Source of the DNA: Chloroflexota bacterium
GTDB lineage: Bacteria; Chloroflexota; UBA11872; VXNJ01
Length of the DNA stretch: 64,000 nucleotides
Assembly (NCBI GenBank): GCA_965261345.1
Contig: OZ253449.1
Location: 2,307,784 to 2,371,783 of the forward strand
Reading direction: 5' to 3'
The position numbers were made by a program, and so were the translations under genes. Under the pieces are notes generated by a model. It was not told the origin of the DNA. It searched no databases and worked only from the letters and a program-made list of their open reading frames with translations. The number at the start of each line of letters is the position of its first letter. Within the stretch, counting starts at the first letter, position 1. Positions 1-11,635 of the stretch are shown piece by piece.

Positions 1-1
1 T

Positions 2-3000
2 AACGACCCGCTTTATGGATGCCAGTGGCACCTTGAAAACCGCGGAAGGGGTGGGGGCAGGACAGGTCAGGACATCAACGTCGAAGATGCCTGGGAGAAC
101 ACAAAAGGCGAAGGCGTTAACGTCTTAATCGTCGACAACGGGCTCGACCCGGATCACGAAGACCTTGTCGAGAACGTCGATGCGAGTCGCAATTTCGACG
201 TGCTCGGCGACGATCGCGTCCTGCGGCCGCAGTTCACCCACGGGACCGCGGTGGCTGGGTTGATCGCCGCCCGCGACAACGACCTGGGCATGCGCGGGGT
301 GGCCCCTCGCGCGAGCCTGTATGCTTACAACGCATTGGCCCAAGGCACCGACGCGGACTTCCTCCAGGCCATGCTGCATGAGCAGGATCAGACTCGGGTT
401 TCCAACAACAGCTGGGGCGCCCGCGAAGGCTCGGGTCTTGATACCGCTCCCTTTATCTGGGAACTGGCGCTTGAACAGGGACTTACGGCCGGGGCGGGCG
501 GCAAGGGAATCGTCTATGTCTTCTTCGGCCGGTAACGGCGGTTCGATCGACTATTCAAATCTTGAGGAATACGTCAATCACTACGGCGTGATCGCCGTCT
601 GCGCGGTCGATGACCGCGGCATACGGACTTCCTATTCAGAATCGGGATCGAATCTGTGGGTGTGCGCCCCCTCGCGCCAGAGCGGCCGGCAGGGAATCGC
701 AACCACCGACAACTACAGTCGCTACCGTGAATCTTTCGGCGGGACATCGGCGTCGGCGCCCCAGGTATCGGGCGTGGCCGCGCTGGTGCTGGCGGCCAAT
801 GACAGACTGACCTGGCGCGACGTCAAGCTAATCCTGGCCTCGTCGGCACGCCAGAACGATCCGTCCAACAGCGACTGGTTGGCGGGTTCTCCCAAGTACC
901 GCACCGAGAACGACTCCTACCGGTTCAATCACCGCTACGGATTCGGGGTGGTCGATGCCGCGGCGGCGGTGGAATTGGCCCTTAACTGGGTGAACCTGCC
1001 CCCGTTCCAGGAAATCACGGCCGTTTCCGGCGATCTGGATCTTGTCATACGCGATTCGCCGCGAGACCCGGTGGAAGTGAAGCTGGCCCTGCCGACCGGC
1101 GTTTCGTTCATCGAATTTGTTGAATTGCAGATCGACTTTTCCCACGAAGCGGTGCGCGATCTCAAAATCGAGCTTGTATCTCCGGCCGGAACGACCTCCG
1201 TGATCGCTCCCGACACCGGAGCTTCCACGATCGGCTGGGATGGGGAGTTTCGCTTCGGGTCGGCCCGCCACCTGGGCGAGGACGCGGCCGGCGAGTGGAC
1301 CCTGCGGATCACCGATCGCCACCGCGTTGACTCTGGTCGGTTGCGCAGCTGGGAGATCATCGCCTACGGTCATCGCCGCGCCCCCGGTCAGCCCACCCCG
1401 ATTGCGGCGGCCGCCCTCGATCAGGCTCTGAGCGTCGATTGGCATGCGCCGGAGTCGGCGCAGCTCTCCGAGGTAACTGGATTCGATCTGCGCTTCATCG
1501 AGACCTCCGCTGACGAGACCATCGATAGCAACTGGACGGTTCGCAGCAGCGTCGCAACGGCAACGCAGTCTCGCTACCGCCTGACGGGACTTAGCAACGG
1601 CACTTCATACGACCTCCAGGCACGGGCGTTCAATTCCGACGGGTCGGGCCCGTGGTCGAAGGCATTCATCGGAATACCTGCGTTGGTTCCAGATATCGCC
1701 TCGATATCCGGCATCACACCCGGCAACCAATTGGCCACCATAACCTGGAGCGCGCCAACCACGCCCGCCGGAGCTCCGATAACTGGATACGATCTTCGTC
1801 ATATCGGGGCGGACAAAGAGCGCCCCGAGGACGGCGACTGGACCACCGTTTCGAACATTTGGTCGAGCGGCGATCTAACTTACTCGGTCTCGGGACTTGA
1901 AAATGGTTTCGAGACCCGATTCCAGGTCCGGGCCCGCAACAGCAACGGCGCCGGCCCCTGGTCGCCGGCCGAATCTTCCAAACCGCGTACCGCCCCGGCG
2001 GCGCCGACAGTCGACCCGGTCACCGGTTACAACACCCGCCTGCAGATCTCATGGTCAGCACCATCAGATGACGGCGGGGCCGAAATCATCGCCTACCATC
2101 TGCGCCGCATCGAGAGCGCTGCCACCGACAAGAGCGATGCCAACTGGACCGGCGTCGACAACATCTGGCGGGCAGGTCCGGGAGGCTTTGCCTATTCACT
2201 CACAGGGCTCGCCAACAGCACCCAGTACGACGTGCAGATTCAAGCTGAAAACGCCTCCGGGCGGGGCGGCTGGTCAGTTGTGCGCAAGGGCACTCCCGGC
2301 AACAAACCGGACGCGCCCGCGATCGATGCGGTATTGGCCGCTAGCGCCAGCCTGACCGTTGCCTGGACTGCTGCATCCGCGGGAGGGACCGCCAACCGCT
2401 ACGATCTGCGTTACAAACAGAGCTCCGACCCAGATTTACCGTCTTCATGGACCACCGCAAGTTCGATCTGGACAACCGGGTCGGGAACGCTGGAATACGA
2501 GCTCACCCGGCTGGAGAACGGCACTTCCTATGACATCCAGGTGCGCGGCGGCAATTCCTCCGGTGCTGGGCCTTGGTCGTCCTCGGCCAGTGCCATCCCA
2601 CAGGGCGTTCCCGGAGCACCAGACCTCGACAACGTGGTGCCCGGAACGCGGCAACTCACGGCCTCCTGGAAACGACCCGACAGCGATGGCGGGTCGGAGA
2701 TCGCCTCGTATGATCTGCGGCACAAGAAAAGCGCTGATCCCGACGAACCTGCTTCCTGGACAGAGGTATTGATGGTTTGGAGCACCGGTGCGGTAGCACT
2801 CGAATACGAAATCACCGCCTTAGAGAACGGTACTTCCTACGACGTCCAGGTGCGTGCCGTCAACGCAATCGCTCCGGGACCGTGGTCGATTTCCGAATCC
2901 AAGATCCCTGGTGATGCGCTCGGCCCGCCACTAAACGTAGTTGGGAAGGCGCAGCAACGGGCGCTCGAGATCAGCTGGGGCGCACCGGCGGGAGCATCCG

Positions 3001-5588
3001 GGGTCATCACCTGGGAGGTTCGCCACATACAGAGCGATGCCACCGACCGCGCCGACGAGAACTGGGAGAGCGATGGCCAGCTGATCCGGTCGGCGCCATA
3101 CCGCCACATGATCTCCGATCTTTTGCCGGCGACCAACTACGACGTTCAGGTCCGCGCCTTCAATGCCAATGGGGCGGGGCAATGGTCAGCTGTGGCCAGC
3201 GGCAGGCCCTACGATCCGCCGGGACGGCCCGGTTTGGCACCGCTGGTACTCGAGTCACAGGCGGTTACGATCCATTGGACCAGGCCCGTTGATGACGGCG
3301 GCGCCGACATTACCGGTTACGACCTGCAGCACTGGCGGGGCGATGCGCCCAGCGCGAATGTGAACTGGAACCTTCGATCCAGCATCTGGCAGGTGACCAG
3401 GGATTCGAAAACGAGTTTCCGGCTGGGCGGATTGCGTAACGGCAGCCGCTACTGGGTCCGATTGAGGGCGGTAAACGCCGCCGGCGAGGGATCTTGGTCG
3501 AGTGCCCGATACGGGGTTCCACGAACGGTCCCTGGTCCACCGCCCAAACCCGGCGTGCAGCCGGGTCAGTGGGCGCTCGAGATCAATTGGACCGAGCCGC
3601 GCGATGACGGCGGGGCAAAGGTCACTGCCTACGACCTGCGTCGCAAGCAGTCAAGCGCACCGGACGAGCCCCAGTCCTGGACGGACGTTTTCGACATCTG
3701 GACCACCGGGTCCGGGGATCTGGAATACACACTCGGCGGCCTTGACAACGGCACCTCGTATGACATCCAGGTCCGGGCGGTCAATCCGGCCGGCCCTGGC
3801 ACCTGGTCGGTGACTGGAAAGGGCATCCCCCGCACCACCCCGGGGCGACCGGCGATTACCGCGGTTGAAGCGGTCCACCAGAGCCTGGAAATTGGATGGA
3901 CGTCGCCGCTAGATAGCGGCGGTAACGAGATCTCCGCCTACGACGTTCGTCGCAAGCGGACTCTGGATCCTGACGTTCCGGCCTCCTGGAACGAAATTTT
4001 AGGCGTGTGGAAGAGCGGTGAATCAACAGATCTCACGTATCAGGTGGGCGGGCTCGTCAACGGCACCGAATACGACGTGCAGGTACGTGCGGTCAACGAC
4101 GCCGGCGCCGGGACATGGTCGCTGAGCGATAGCGGCACCCCTGTCACCGTGCCGGGAGCGCCGGCGATCGTGTCGGTAGAGCCTTTTGACCAATCGCTGG
4201 AATTTAGTTGGTTACGACCTACATTTGACGGTTTTGCCGGCATCGACTCGTACGACCTGCGCCACAAGAAGAGCAGGGATCCGGACCTCCCGCGCTTCTG
4301 GACCGAAGCGATCGGGATCAGAACCGGATCCGGTCGGCTCGAGTACACGCTTACCGAACTTGCCAACGGGACAGCCTACGACCTGCAGGTGCGTGCGGTC
4401 AACGACGCCGGCGCCGGGGGCTGGTCGGCGACCCGCGCAGGCACGCCCCGGACTGCTCCCGATCCACCCAGCATCTCATCGGTGACCCCGGGAGATAGGT
4501 CGCTAACGGTCCGCTGGCAGGCGCCGCCCCAAAACGGGGGCGCGGAAATCACGTCTTATGACCTGCGCAGCAAGCGCAGTCAGGACCCGGACGTTCCATC
4601 TTCCTGGATAGAGGAACTCGAAAAATGGACTACCGGCGCCGGCGCGCTCGAGTTCACGCTTACTCAACTTGCCAACGGCACTCTTTACGACGTCCAGGTG
4701 CGGGCAGAAAACAGCGCCGGCGGGTCGGGCTGGTCCGGGACCGCGCCGGGCACACCCGTCGGAGTGCCGTTGGCGCCGGCGATCACCAACCTGGCCGCCG
4801 AGGACCGGACGCTTACCGTTGCCTGGGACCCGCCGAGCGACCTGGGCGGGAACACCCTTGAGGGTTATTCGATTCGCTACAAGGCAAGCAGCGCCCCCGA
4901 CACCAACCGCAGCTGGACCGATTTGATCGATGCCTGGCGGACCGGCACGGCACTGGAGTATTCGATCGATCAACTGCAAAACGGCAGATCCTATGACGTG
5001 CAGGTTCGCGTCGAAACCGACGCCGATCCCGGACCCTGGTCGCATCTGCGCAGCGCCACCCCCAGGACCGTGCCGCCGGCCCCCCAAGTCCAAAGCCTGG
5101 ATCCACTCGACCGCTCACTTTTAGTCAAATGGCAGGCCCCGTCCGGGAACGGTGGAGCCGAAATAACCGCCTACGACATCCGGTACAAACGCCAATCCGA
5201 TCCCGATCAGCCCGGTTCCTGGGCGGAAATCGAAGGTATTTGGCAGACTGGCGGCAGGGCGTCGGAATATATCCTTTCGCCGGGTTCTGGGTTGACCAAC
5301 GGCACCGCCTACGACGTCCGGCTGCGGGCGGTCAATATCGCCGGATCTGGGCCCTGGTCGGGATCGGCGCCCGGCACACCGGCGGCGCTACCGCAGGCCC
5401 CGGTTCCGATCGCGGCCAAGCCCGGTCGGGGATCGCTGGAGTTGAGTTGGAATCCACCGGCCAGCGATGGCGGCAGCGAGATCATCGCCTATGACCTGCG
5501 CCACAAGAGGAGCAGCAGCCCCGACACCGACTCCTCCTGGACCCTGTTCGATCGGGTCTGGGAGATGGGCGACGGGGCGCTCGAACAC
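2..5588 (+). pseudogene. Secreted S8 (subtilisin/kexin-like) serine protease with P-domain and tandem FN3 repeats. The 5' end is off-window, there is a frameshift near nt 521-530, and the 3' end is severed by an IS256-family insertion.
   Basis: Frame 2 from nt 2 reads NDPLYGCQWHLEN..VNVLIVDNGLDPDHEDL (Asp box) and HGTAVAGLIAA (His box), then stops at 533-535. Frame 3 continues SAGNGGS..GTSASAPQVSGVAALV (Ser box), followed by a P-domain-like WTLRITDRH..WEIIAYG. Removing one base in ttcttcggcc (521-530) restores VYVFSAGNGG. After that come 13 complete ~95-aa units, each ending NGTxYDVQVRAxNxxGxGxWS. Confidence 0.85.
1381..5588 (+). repeat. Tandem array of ~285-300-bp coding repeats (fibronectin type III modules). 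There are 13 complete units plus the first half of a 14th.
   Basis: The protein motif W..P...GG..I..Y.LR....D.....W......W..G...EY.L..L.NGT.YDVQVRA.N..G.G.WS recurs 14 times. The 14th unit resumes at 7340 after the IS. Confidence 0.85.
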
Positions 5589-7339
5589 GATCACGTCCCC
5601 TGGAGTGGTGTAAGAGCACCCGCTTGATCAACTAAGCCAACGCGATGACAAAGGGCCATCGTGTAAACCTCTACGGAGTCAATTCACTTACTTCGTCGAG
5701 GAACCATCGATGGCCCAACTTGATTATCAGACCTTGCTTGCCCTTATCGCCAAGCAAGGGTTTGACAGCAGCGAATTCGTCCGCAGCGCCGTACGGCACG
5801 CCTACCAGGAACTTATTGACGCCGGCCTGGCCGAAAACATCGGCGCCCAACCGCACGAGCGCAACGGCGAGCGTCGCAATCGGCTTTGGCGGCTCGCGCA
5901 AGCGCACCCTCTCCACCCGGGCGGGCGACATCGAGATTGCCCTGCCCAAGCTGCGCCAAGGCAGCTACTACCCCGAGTTCTTGGAGCGGCGGCGGCGCAT
6001 CGACCAGGCCCTCTACGGCGTCATCATGACCGCCTACAGCAAGGGCGTCTCCACCCGCAAGGTCGACAAGCTGGTGGAGGCGATGGGAGTAAACGCCGGG
6101 ATCTCCAGGTCCGAGGTGTCAAGGATCTGCAAAGGCATCGACGAGCTGGTCAATGCCTTCCGCGAACGCGATCTCGCGCATACGACCTTCCCGTACCTCT
6201 ATCTCGACGCCACCTACGTAAAAGCCCGAAACGCGCATGCGGTAAGGTCGCGGGCGGTGGGCATAGCAATGGCCATAAACGAGAACGGCCATCGCGAGCT
6301 GCTGGGGCTTGCAATCGGCCACAGCGAAGCGCAGGGCTTCTGGGAGGACTTGATCGCCTCCCTGGTAACGCGCGGTCTATCCGGCGTGCGGCTGGTGATC
6401 TCCGATGGGAACCAAGCCATCGGCAACGCGGTGACAAAGCTTATTCCCGAGGCCGCCTGGCAGACGTGCAGGACACACTTTGGGCGCAATCTTCTGCCAA
6501 GGGTCAGAAGCGGCGACCGCGGGCTGGTGGCAGCCGGACTGGCGTCGCTGTTTGGGCAGGCTGACAAGCAGAGCGCCATGGACGCCTTCGGAGATTTCGC
6601 CGATCGCTTAGAGCGCAAGTATCCGGAACTGTCCACGATCCTCGAGGACTCCGAGATCGCCCTGACTGCCTACACCGCCTTCCCGCCTTCGCACTGGCGC
6701 AAGATCTGGTCCACCAATCCCCTAGAGCGCGTTATGGGCGAGCTAAAGCGCCGCACCCGGGTAGTACAGCTCTTCCCCGACGATGACTCGGTCCTGCGCC
6801 TTATCGGAGCGGTCCTAATTGAGCAGAACGACGAATGGCTCGCATCCGAGCGCCGCTATATGTCCAGGCACTCGATGGCCTTAATCGGCCAACCCCCATC
6901 TCCGGGAGAGAGGCAGTCCCCGCTGGCATTGCCGGCGGGGTAGCAACCGCCGCCGGGGGCCGTAGCGCCCTCCAGGGAAATGGAAGGTCGTGCGCCCGGC
7001 TTGGCGCTAGCTGGGCCTAAATAAGGATCACTAGCGTCGAATTGGGCCGACTTTCCCAACAAACCCGGCCCGGTGAGCCCGAATGCGAGCCGTTACGGGC
7101 CGGGGCCGGCCTTCGGACCCATGGAAGCCCATATGACCGCGACCGCGCCATGGTCGCAACTGGCAAAATGATGGACGCCTTACCGGCAGTCGCCGTCACA
7201 GCCAAGGACTCGAAACTCCCCCAGCAAGCCCCAGCAACCATCTGCCGGCCCTGCCGGCAGCTGCAACTCTGCAGAGTTGCAGCTGCCGAACCCCTAAACG
7301 TAGAGGACGGCTTAGTTACACCACACCGTGGGACACGTC
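5589..7339 (+). mobile_element. IS256-family insertion sequence (1751 bp) inserted in the last FN3 repeat.
   Basis: A 9-bp direct repeat CTCGAACAC sits at 5580-5588 and 7340-7348. The imperfect terminal inverted repeats are gatcacgtcccctggagtggtgtaa (5589-) and the reverse complement of ttacaccacaccgtgggacacgtc (-7339). Excising the IS plus one repeat copy (1760 bp) restores the host frame ..GDGALEH|TQSLAGSTSFNVQLRAVN. Confidence 0.85.
5710..6943 (+). pseudogene. IS256-family (Mutator-type) transposase, split by a single-base frameshift near nt 5881.
   Basis: The N-terminus in frame 1 reads ..QELIDAGLAENIGAQPHERNGERRN. The rest in frame 2 reads GFGGSRKRTLSTRAGDIEIALPKLRQGSYYPEFLERRRR..GVSTRKVDKLVEAMG..FPYLYLDATYVKAR..LVISDGNQAI..WQTCRTHFGRN..HWRKIWSTNPLERVMGELKRRTRVVQLFP. 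Dropping the c at 5881 gives the family-typical ..RRNGFGGSRKR.. Confidence 0.85.
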
Positions 7340-8254
7340 CTCGAACACACTCAGTCATTGGCCGGCAGCACATCGTTTAACGTGCAATTGCGTGCCGTCA
7401 ACGCTGTCGGACCCGGGCCCTGGTCGGGTTCAATCACCGCCACAACCGGTGCCCGTGGTGGTGGTGGAGGTGGAGGTGGTGGCCGGCGTCCGCCTGAACC
7501 GGTCCTCCCGTCGATCGAATACACCCTCAAGGTGCTAGATAACCGCTTCGAGAAAGCACCGGGCAACCTCGACCTCCAACACAACATCCCCGACCTGGAG
7601 GTAACCCTCCCCAACGGGGAGGTGGTAACGGCCGATTTCCTGGGTCACTTCCTGGAAACTGGTGAGCTAACCCGCTGGGGCTATCCCACCTCTGAGGTCC
7701 TGGTACTAGAGGATGGGACCCTGACCCAGTTCTACCAGCGCGGGGTGGTGGACTTCCACAACCTTGGATCCGGCTGGGTGGTGGAACGCCGCCTGGCCTG
7801 GGACTACGTCGGCGGTGGCGCCGGCGGATCGCCCGACCAGGGCGTAGAACCCGGAGTTACCAATCCCCACCCGGGCACCCTCCTGGGTCCCTGGGGCCAC
7901 AAGGTCTCTGACTTTGCCATCGATGGAACCCAGATCGGCTTTGCCGGCTTCTTTAATTCCCTGGGCGGAGTTGGCGCCTTCGGTTTGCCCAAGACCGATG
8001 CCCGGGAGGATACCGGAGACCTGGGCACCTTAAGGGAACCAGACAAGACCCTGGGCTTTATCCGGCAGTACTTCCAGGCGGCAATCTTCCAGTTCAATGC
8101 GGCCGGTGCCATCGAAATTACCCTGCTGGGCGATACCCTGCGCGGCGTTCTGGTGCCCAACTTTGCCGAGCATCCCCCATTTACCAGGGCAGAGCAACTG
8201 GTACGGGTGCAGGCATTTAAGCCCTACGCAATCCCGCAACTGGCCGACGCCTGA
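7340..8254 (+). pseudogene. 3' portion of the S8-FN3 protein: the end of FN3 repeat 14, a Gly9 linker, and a C-terminal domain with LGFP-like (putative cell-wall-binding) repeats.
   Basis: The sequence reads LEHTQSLAGSTSFNVQLRAVNAVGPGPWS, then GGGGGGGGG (7457-7483), then repeats such as RWGYPTSEVLVLEDGTLTQFYQRGVV and FGLPKTDARED..FIRQYFQAAIFQF. The LGFP assignment is by eye only. Confidence 0.7.
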
Positions 8255-8502
8255 GGAGGTTCGCAAAAATCGCTGGCGTGGCCGATTCGTCGCCGCTTGG
8301 CGCCGGGGTACCGGCCGTGCAACGATTGCAACGAACGCGGATTTTGGGCAATAGACGTCGTTTTGACCGATGCCGGCCAAACACATGGCCCCGGTCCGGT
8401 CCAGACCCGGCTTTCGCGGCTGAGTCGTGATCTCGATTGCATGCCGAATTTACGCCACTGCGGGCCCCATAGACAGGGTCGGGCAGTGGCAAGAGCCGAT
8501 CT

Positions 8503-8700
8503 TCAACCCCTACCGGATGCGATCACCAGGCTTGATACCCGGTGGTGGGCAATGGCCAGCTCGTAGAAATTTTTCACCTGGTGCTTGTGGGCAGGATTTG
8601 TGCGTTTATCTATCAGACGCCACATGGTGTTGCGCCGTTTTCCAACCCGCCCAATCATCGCGACCCGTGCGGCGCGGAATACAGCGACGATCCCCATGTA
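8503..8700 (-). pseudogene. Possible C-terminal remnant of an IS5-family (IS427-like) transposase.
   Basis: GKRRNTMWRLIDKRTNPAHKHQVKNFYELAIAHHRVSSLV resembles the family C-terminus (Y.QRN.IERFFNKLK.FRRIATRYDK.A.NF.A.V.LA). No upstream catalytic region is present. Confidence 0.3.
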
Positions 8701-8934
8701 CCGGCAATTTGGCGGGCCGGCAGTCAAGCTTTGGTTTGCGCCAACAAATTCAATCTGAAAACAGGTCCTCCGCGGACCGGCGGGGGGACTGAGAAAGCAT
8801 TGTTCACGGTCACTTAAAGGTTTTTTTCCGTCACCAAGGGCCCACCGGCGAATGAGGCGGGTTCGCACGTTTTCTGACGGTATTCGCAATTGGCCTCATT
8901 TGGTAACCCCGGGGCGGATCAATGAGTCGAATCG

Positions 8935-9252
8935 CTATTTCCACGCGGCGTCAATTGGCCAAATATTGCTGCTGCCCAGGGCCGCGCCCTCAATGCCATC
9001 GATTATGATGTCGGCGGTAGCATCGCGGAATTTGATGAAGTGGGGCGTTTCCAAATGGGCCTGGAAGGCGGCCTCGTCATCATACACCTCATAGAGCCAG
9101 ACGCGATTTTCGTCGCCTGCATCTCGGATTACATCGAAGCGTCGGCAGCCCGGCTCATTGTTTACTGACCCCGTGGAGTCCGCAATGATTGCCTCAATGA
9201 ACTGATCCGTGCAGCCCGGTTTGATCTGGATGGGTGCGAGTATCACGTACAT
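8935..9252 (-). CDS. Antibiotic-biosynthesis-monooxygenase (ABM) domain protein (YgiN-like putative quinol monooxygenase).
   Basis: A 105-aa ORF reading MYVILAPIQIKPG..FIEAI..NEPGCRRFDV..DENRVWLYEVYDDEAAFQAHLETPHFIKF. This is the typical ferredoxin-like ABM pattern. Confidence 0.75.
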   Translation of the reverse strand: MYVILAPIQIKPGCTDQFIEAIIADSTGSVNNEPGCRRFDVIRDAGDENRVWLYEVYDDEAAFQAHLETPHFIKFRDATADIIIDGIEGAALGSSNIWPIDAAWK

Positions 9253-9716
9253 CGGTTAATTTCCTTTCGCAAGTTGGGCCGTTGGCCCAGTCTTGGGTTT
9301 CCCTGGCCAAGCGTGGACTCCGGGATATCGATGACCTAATGGCGCAAAGATCTCACCGGTGAGGGATCACCGCATTAAACCTACACAAGTCATCGCTTTT
9401 CTGGGTTCGGACATGTTTCTACCAAAACTGACCCGCATTTTTGCGACAACGATTGAACACCATTTCTGGACGTTGCAACGGCTCAGTCGAAGGAAGTATG
9501 GCGCTGGAATTACCCTTCGCACAGACAGTGCTGGCCACCGCCCCCAGGTTTGGACTTGAGGCCTCGCGTACCGGGGTGTTCGAAGCTGCTGGCCGGCGCT
9601 GGGGTGATTCCGCGCTCTCCCAGTCCGGCTCGCGGCGGGGTATGATTCACGTCTGGCAATTAATCCTGTTCGCTCCCTTAAACCGCAAGGACTGACAGAA
9701 GAAAGCAGGGACCGCA

Positions 9717-10190
9717 ATGGCAATCACACTAAAAGCGGGCGATGCAGCTCCGGATTTCGAGCTCACCGATCAGGACGGAAATCTGCATTCGCTTGGCAAA
9801 TACTGGGGAAGCACGGTCGTCCTCTACTTTTACCCCCGCGACGACACACCAGGTTGCACGACGCAGGCCTGTTCATTCCGAGATGCGCATGATGAAATCG
9901 CCGCTGAGGATGCGGTCGTGCTTGGAGTCTCCGTCGACGACGCGGATTCGCACCAGCGCTTCCGTGAGAGCCATGGACTCCCATTCCCGCTGCTAGTCGA
10001 CGAAGAGGCGATGGTCGCCAAAAGGTACGGCTCCTGGGGTGAGAAAGTACTTTACGGTCGTCGGTTCGTGGGAATGACGCGTTCAACTTTCATAATCGGC
10101 CCCGATGGTCGACTGACCAAGGTGTGGAAACGGGCCCGCGCGGCAGAGCACGGCGAAGCGGTGCTCAAGGCCATCCGCGCGTCCGCTTAA
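9717..10190 (+). CDS. bcp: Thioredoxin-dependent peroxiredoxin Bcp.
   Basis: AGDAAPDFELTDQDG..VVLYFYPRDDTPGCTTQACSFRD contains the peroxidatic Cys motif PxxxTxxC. The 157-aa length is typical. Confidence 0.9.
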   Translation: MAITLKAGDAAPDFELTDQDGNLHSLGKYWGSTVVLYFYPRDDTPGCTTQACSFRDAHDEIAAEDAVVLGVSVDDADSHQRFRESHGLPFPLLVDEEAMVAKRYGSWGEKVLYGRRFVGMTRSTFIIGPDGRLTKVWKRARAAEHGEAVLKAIRASA

Positions 10191-10405
10191 TTGGAGGGGC
10201 AACTCGGCTCCACGAACGTTCAATAGGCACAAACGGCCGTACGCTGCGGACCGCGCGCCGCCGCCCACCATCCAGTGATCGTTATTGGCGATAGTTCCGT
10301 CTAAGAGTTTGCCGATGGAGCAAGAAGCCGTTTTGACTACGAAATGTTGTTCGCGGACATTGAGAAGTGCCCGCCGGCGGACATGTATCTCTGCACATAG
10401 GTGGC

Positions 10406-10437
10406 CAACAAACTGCCCATGCGTGGGCAGTTTGTTG
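10406..10437. repeat. Perfect 14-bp-stem / 4-nt-loop palindrome inside the istB-distal end of the IS21 element.
   Basis: caacaaactgccca tgcg tgggcagtttgttg. Each arm matches the GGGCAGTTT motif found near the other IS end. It could be a transposase-binding repeat pair or a terminator. Confidence 0.6.
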
Positions 10438-10867
10438 AAGGCGCCGCGACCGGCCTGATTTCTCTAATTGGACGCCCTGCCGCAGGCTGATCCGAACACC
10501 TCCTCTCCGGCGGCGGCGTCAGTTGTTCCTACCCCGATTTTGGCCAAAGCTGCCCGCCACAAACCGGTTTGCGCCAAGGGTCCGGGGTCACAACCGCCCG
10601 TCAGAACCGCTGTATGGGCCTCCTGGCGGCCATGCTTTTTGCAGATGTTGTCTATATCGACTGAATTGGGGGCCGCATGGCGTCAATCGGCCCGCAGCGG
10701 CGGGGGCGCTTTTCCCGCATTCGATTTCCGGGCGGGCAGGTTGAGGCGGCCTGCCGTGGCGCAGACCGTCCAATTTGCCCGCATGCACGGCAGCGGCCCG
10801 GATCCGGTATTGGACGGGGCCGCTGCAATCGTTACCGCGACGAGCATTTCATCACTTCGGGCAAGGG

Positions 10868-11635
10868 TTATCCGGTCAGCGGCGCCACTCCTTGCCCGGC
10901 CATCGCCTGGGTTAAGCGAATGCTCTCACCCGAGGTCGGGTGGGCATGGGCGTGGTGGAGTAGTCTGTCCACGGTCGCATTGGCCAGTGATTTGGGCAGG
11001 ATCTCGTCAAAGCCCGACGGATGCAAGTTCGAGGAGACGGCCACCGAGCGCCGTTCGTAGGCGGCGTCAACTACCCGGAAGAACGCCTCGGCGGTCTCCT
11101 GGCCTACCGGCAGCAGCCCGATGTCGTCGATGACGATCAGGTCCGCCTTCAAAAGCTTTCTTACCGCCCTGCCGACCGAGTCATCGACCCGGTGGCGCTT
11201 GACCAGCTGTCCCAGCTCTTCCAGCGCGAACCAGGACACCCGGTAGCCGCGCTCTACCGCCAGTTGGCCGAGAGCCTCCAGGAAATGGGACTTGCCGGTA
11301 CCGGACGGACCGTATAGGACCACGTTCTCTTTGCGTTCTATCCATTCCAGGGTCATAAGCGATCGCCGGGTGGGTTCGGGGATCGAGGAGAGCTCGCCGT
11401 CCCAGCTGTCAAGCGTCTTCCCTGAGGGAAACCCGGCCGCCTTGCGGCGCAGCTCCCGCGACGAGGCCGCCCTCCCGGCGATCTCCTCGTCCAGGAGCGC
11501 CTTCAGCGCCTCGGCCGGATCCCAGCGCTGCGACTTTGCGGTCCTAAGCAGCTCCGGGGCGGCCTTTCGCATGTGCGGCAGGCGCAGGGTGCGCAGCTGG
11601 CCCACCACCTCGTCGATTACCTGTGGGGGCCTCAT
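10868..11635 (-). CDS. istB: IS21-family helper ATPase IstB.
   Basis: Walker A LYGPSGTGKSHFLEALG and Walker B LIVIDDIGLLP, followed by AFFRVVDAAYERRSVAVSSNLHPSGFDEI. It overlaps the istA stop by 4 nt. Confidence 0.9.
   Translation of the reverse strand: MRPPQVIDEVVGQLRTLRLPHMRKAAPELLRTAKSQRWDPAEALKALLDEEIAGRAASSRELRRKAAGFPSGKTLDSWDGELSSIPEPTRRSLMTLEWIERKENVVLYGPSGTGKSHFLEALGQLAVERGYRVSWFALEELGQLVKRHRVDDSVGRAVRKLLKADLIVIDDIGLLPVGQETAEAFFRVVDAAYERRSVAVSSNLHPSGFDEILPKSLANATVDRLLHHAHAHPTSGESIRLTQAMAGQGVAPLTG

Noticed and set aside
10468-11133. A 221-aa plus-strand ORF at the istB-distal end of the IS21 element.
   Set aside because: It overlaps istB in antisense and has an Ala/Arg/Pro-rich composition with no motifs.
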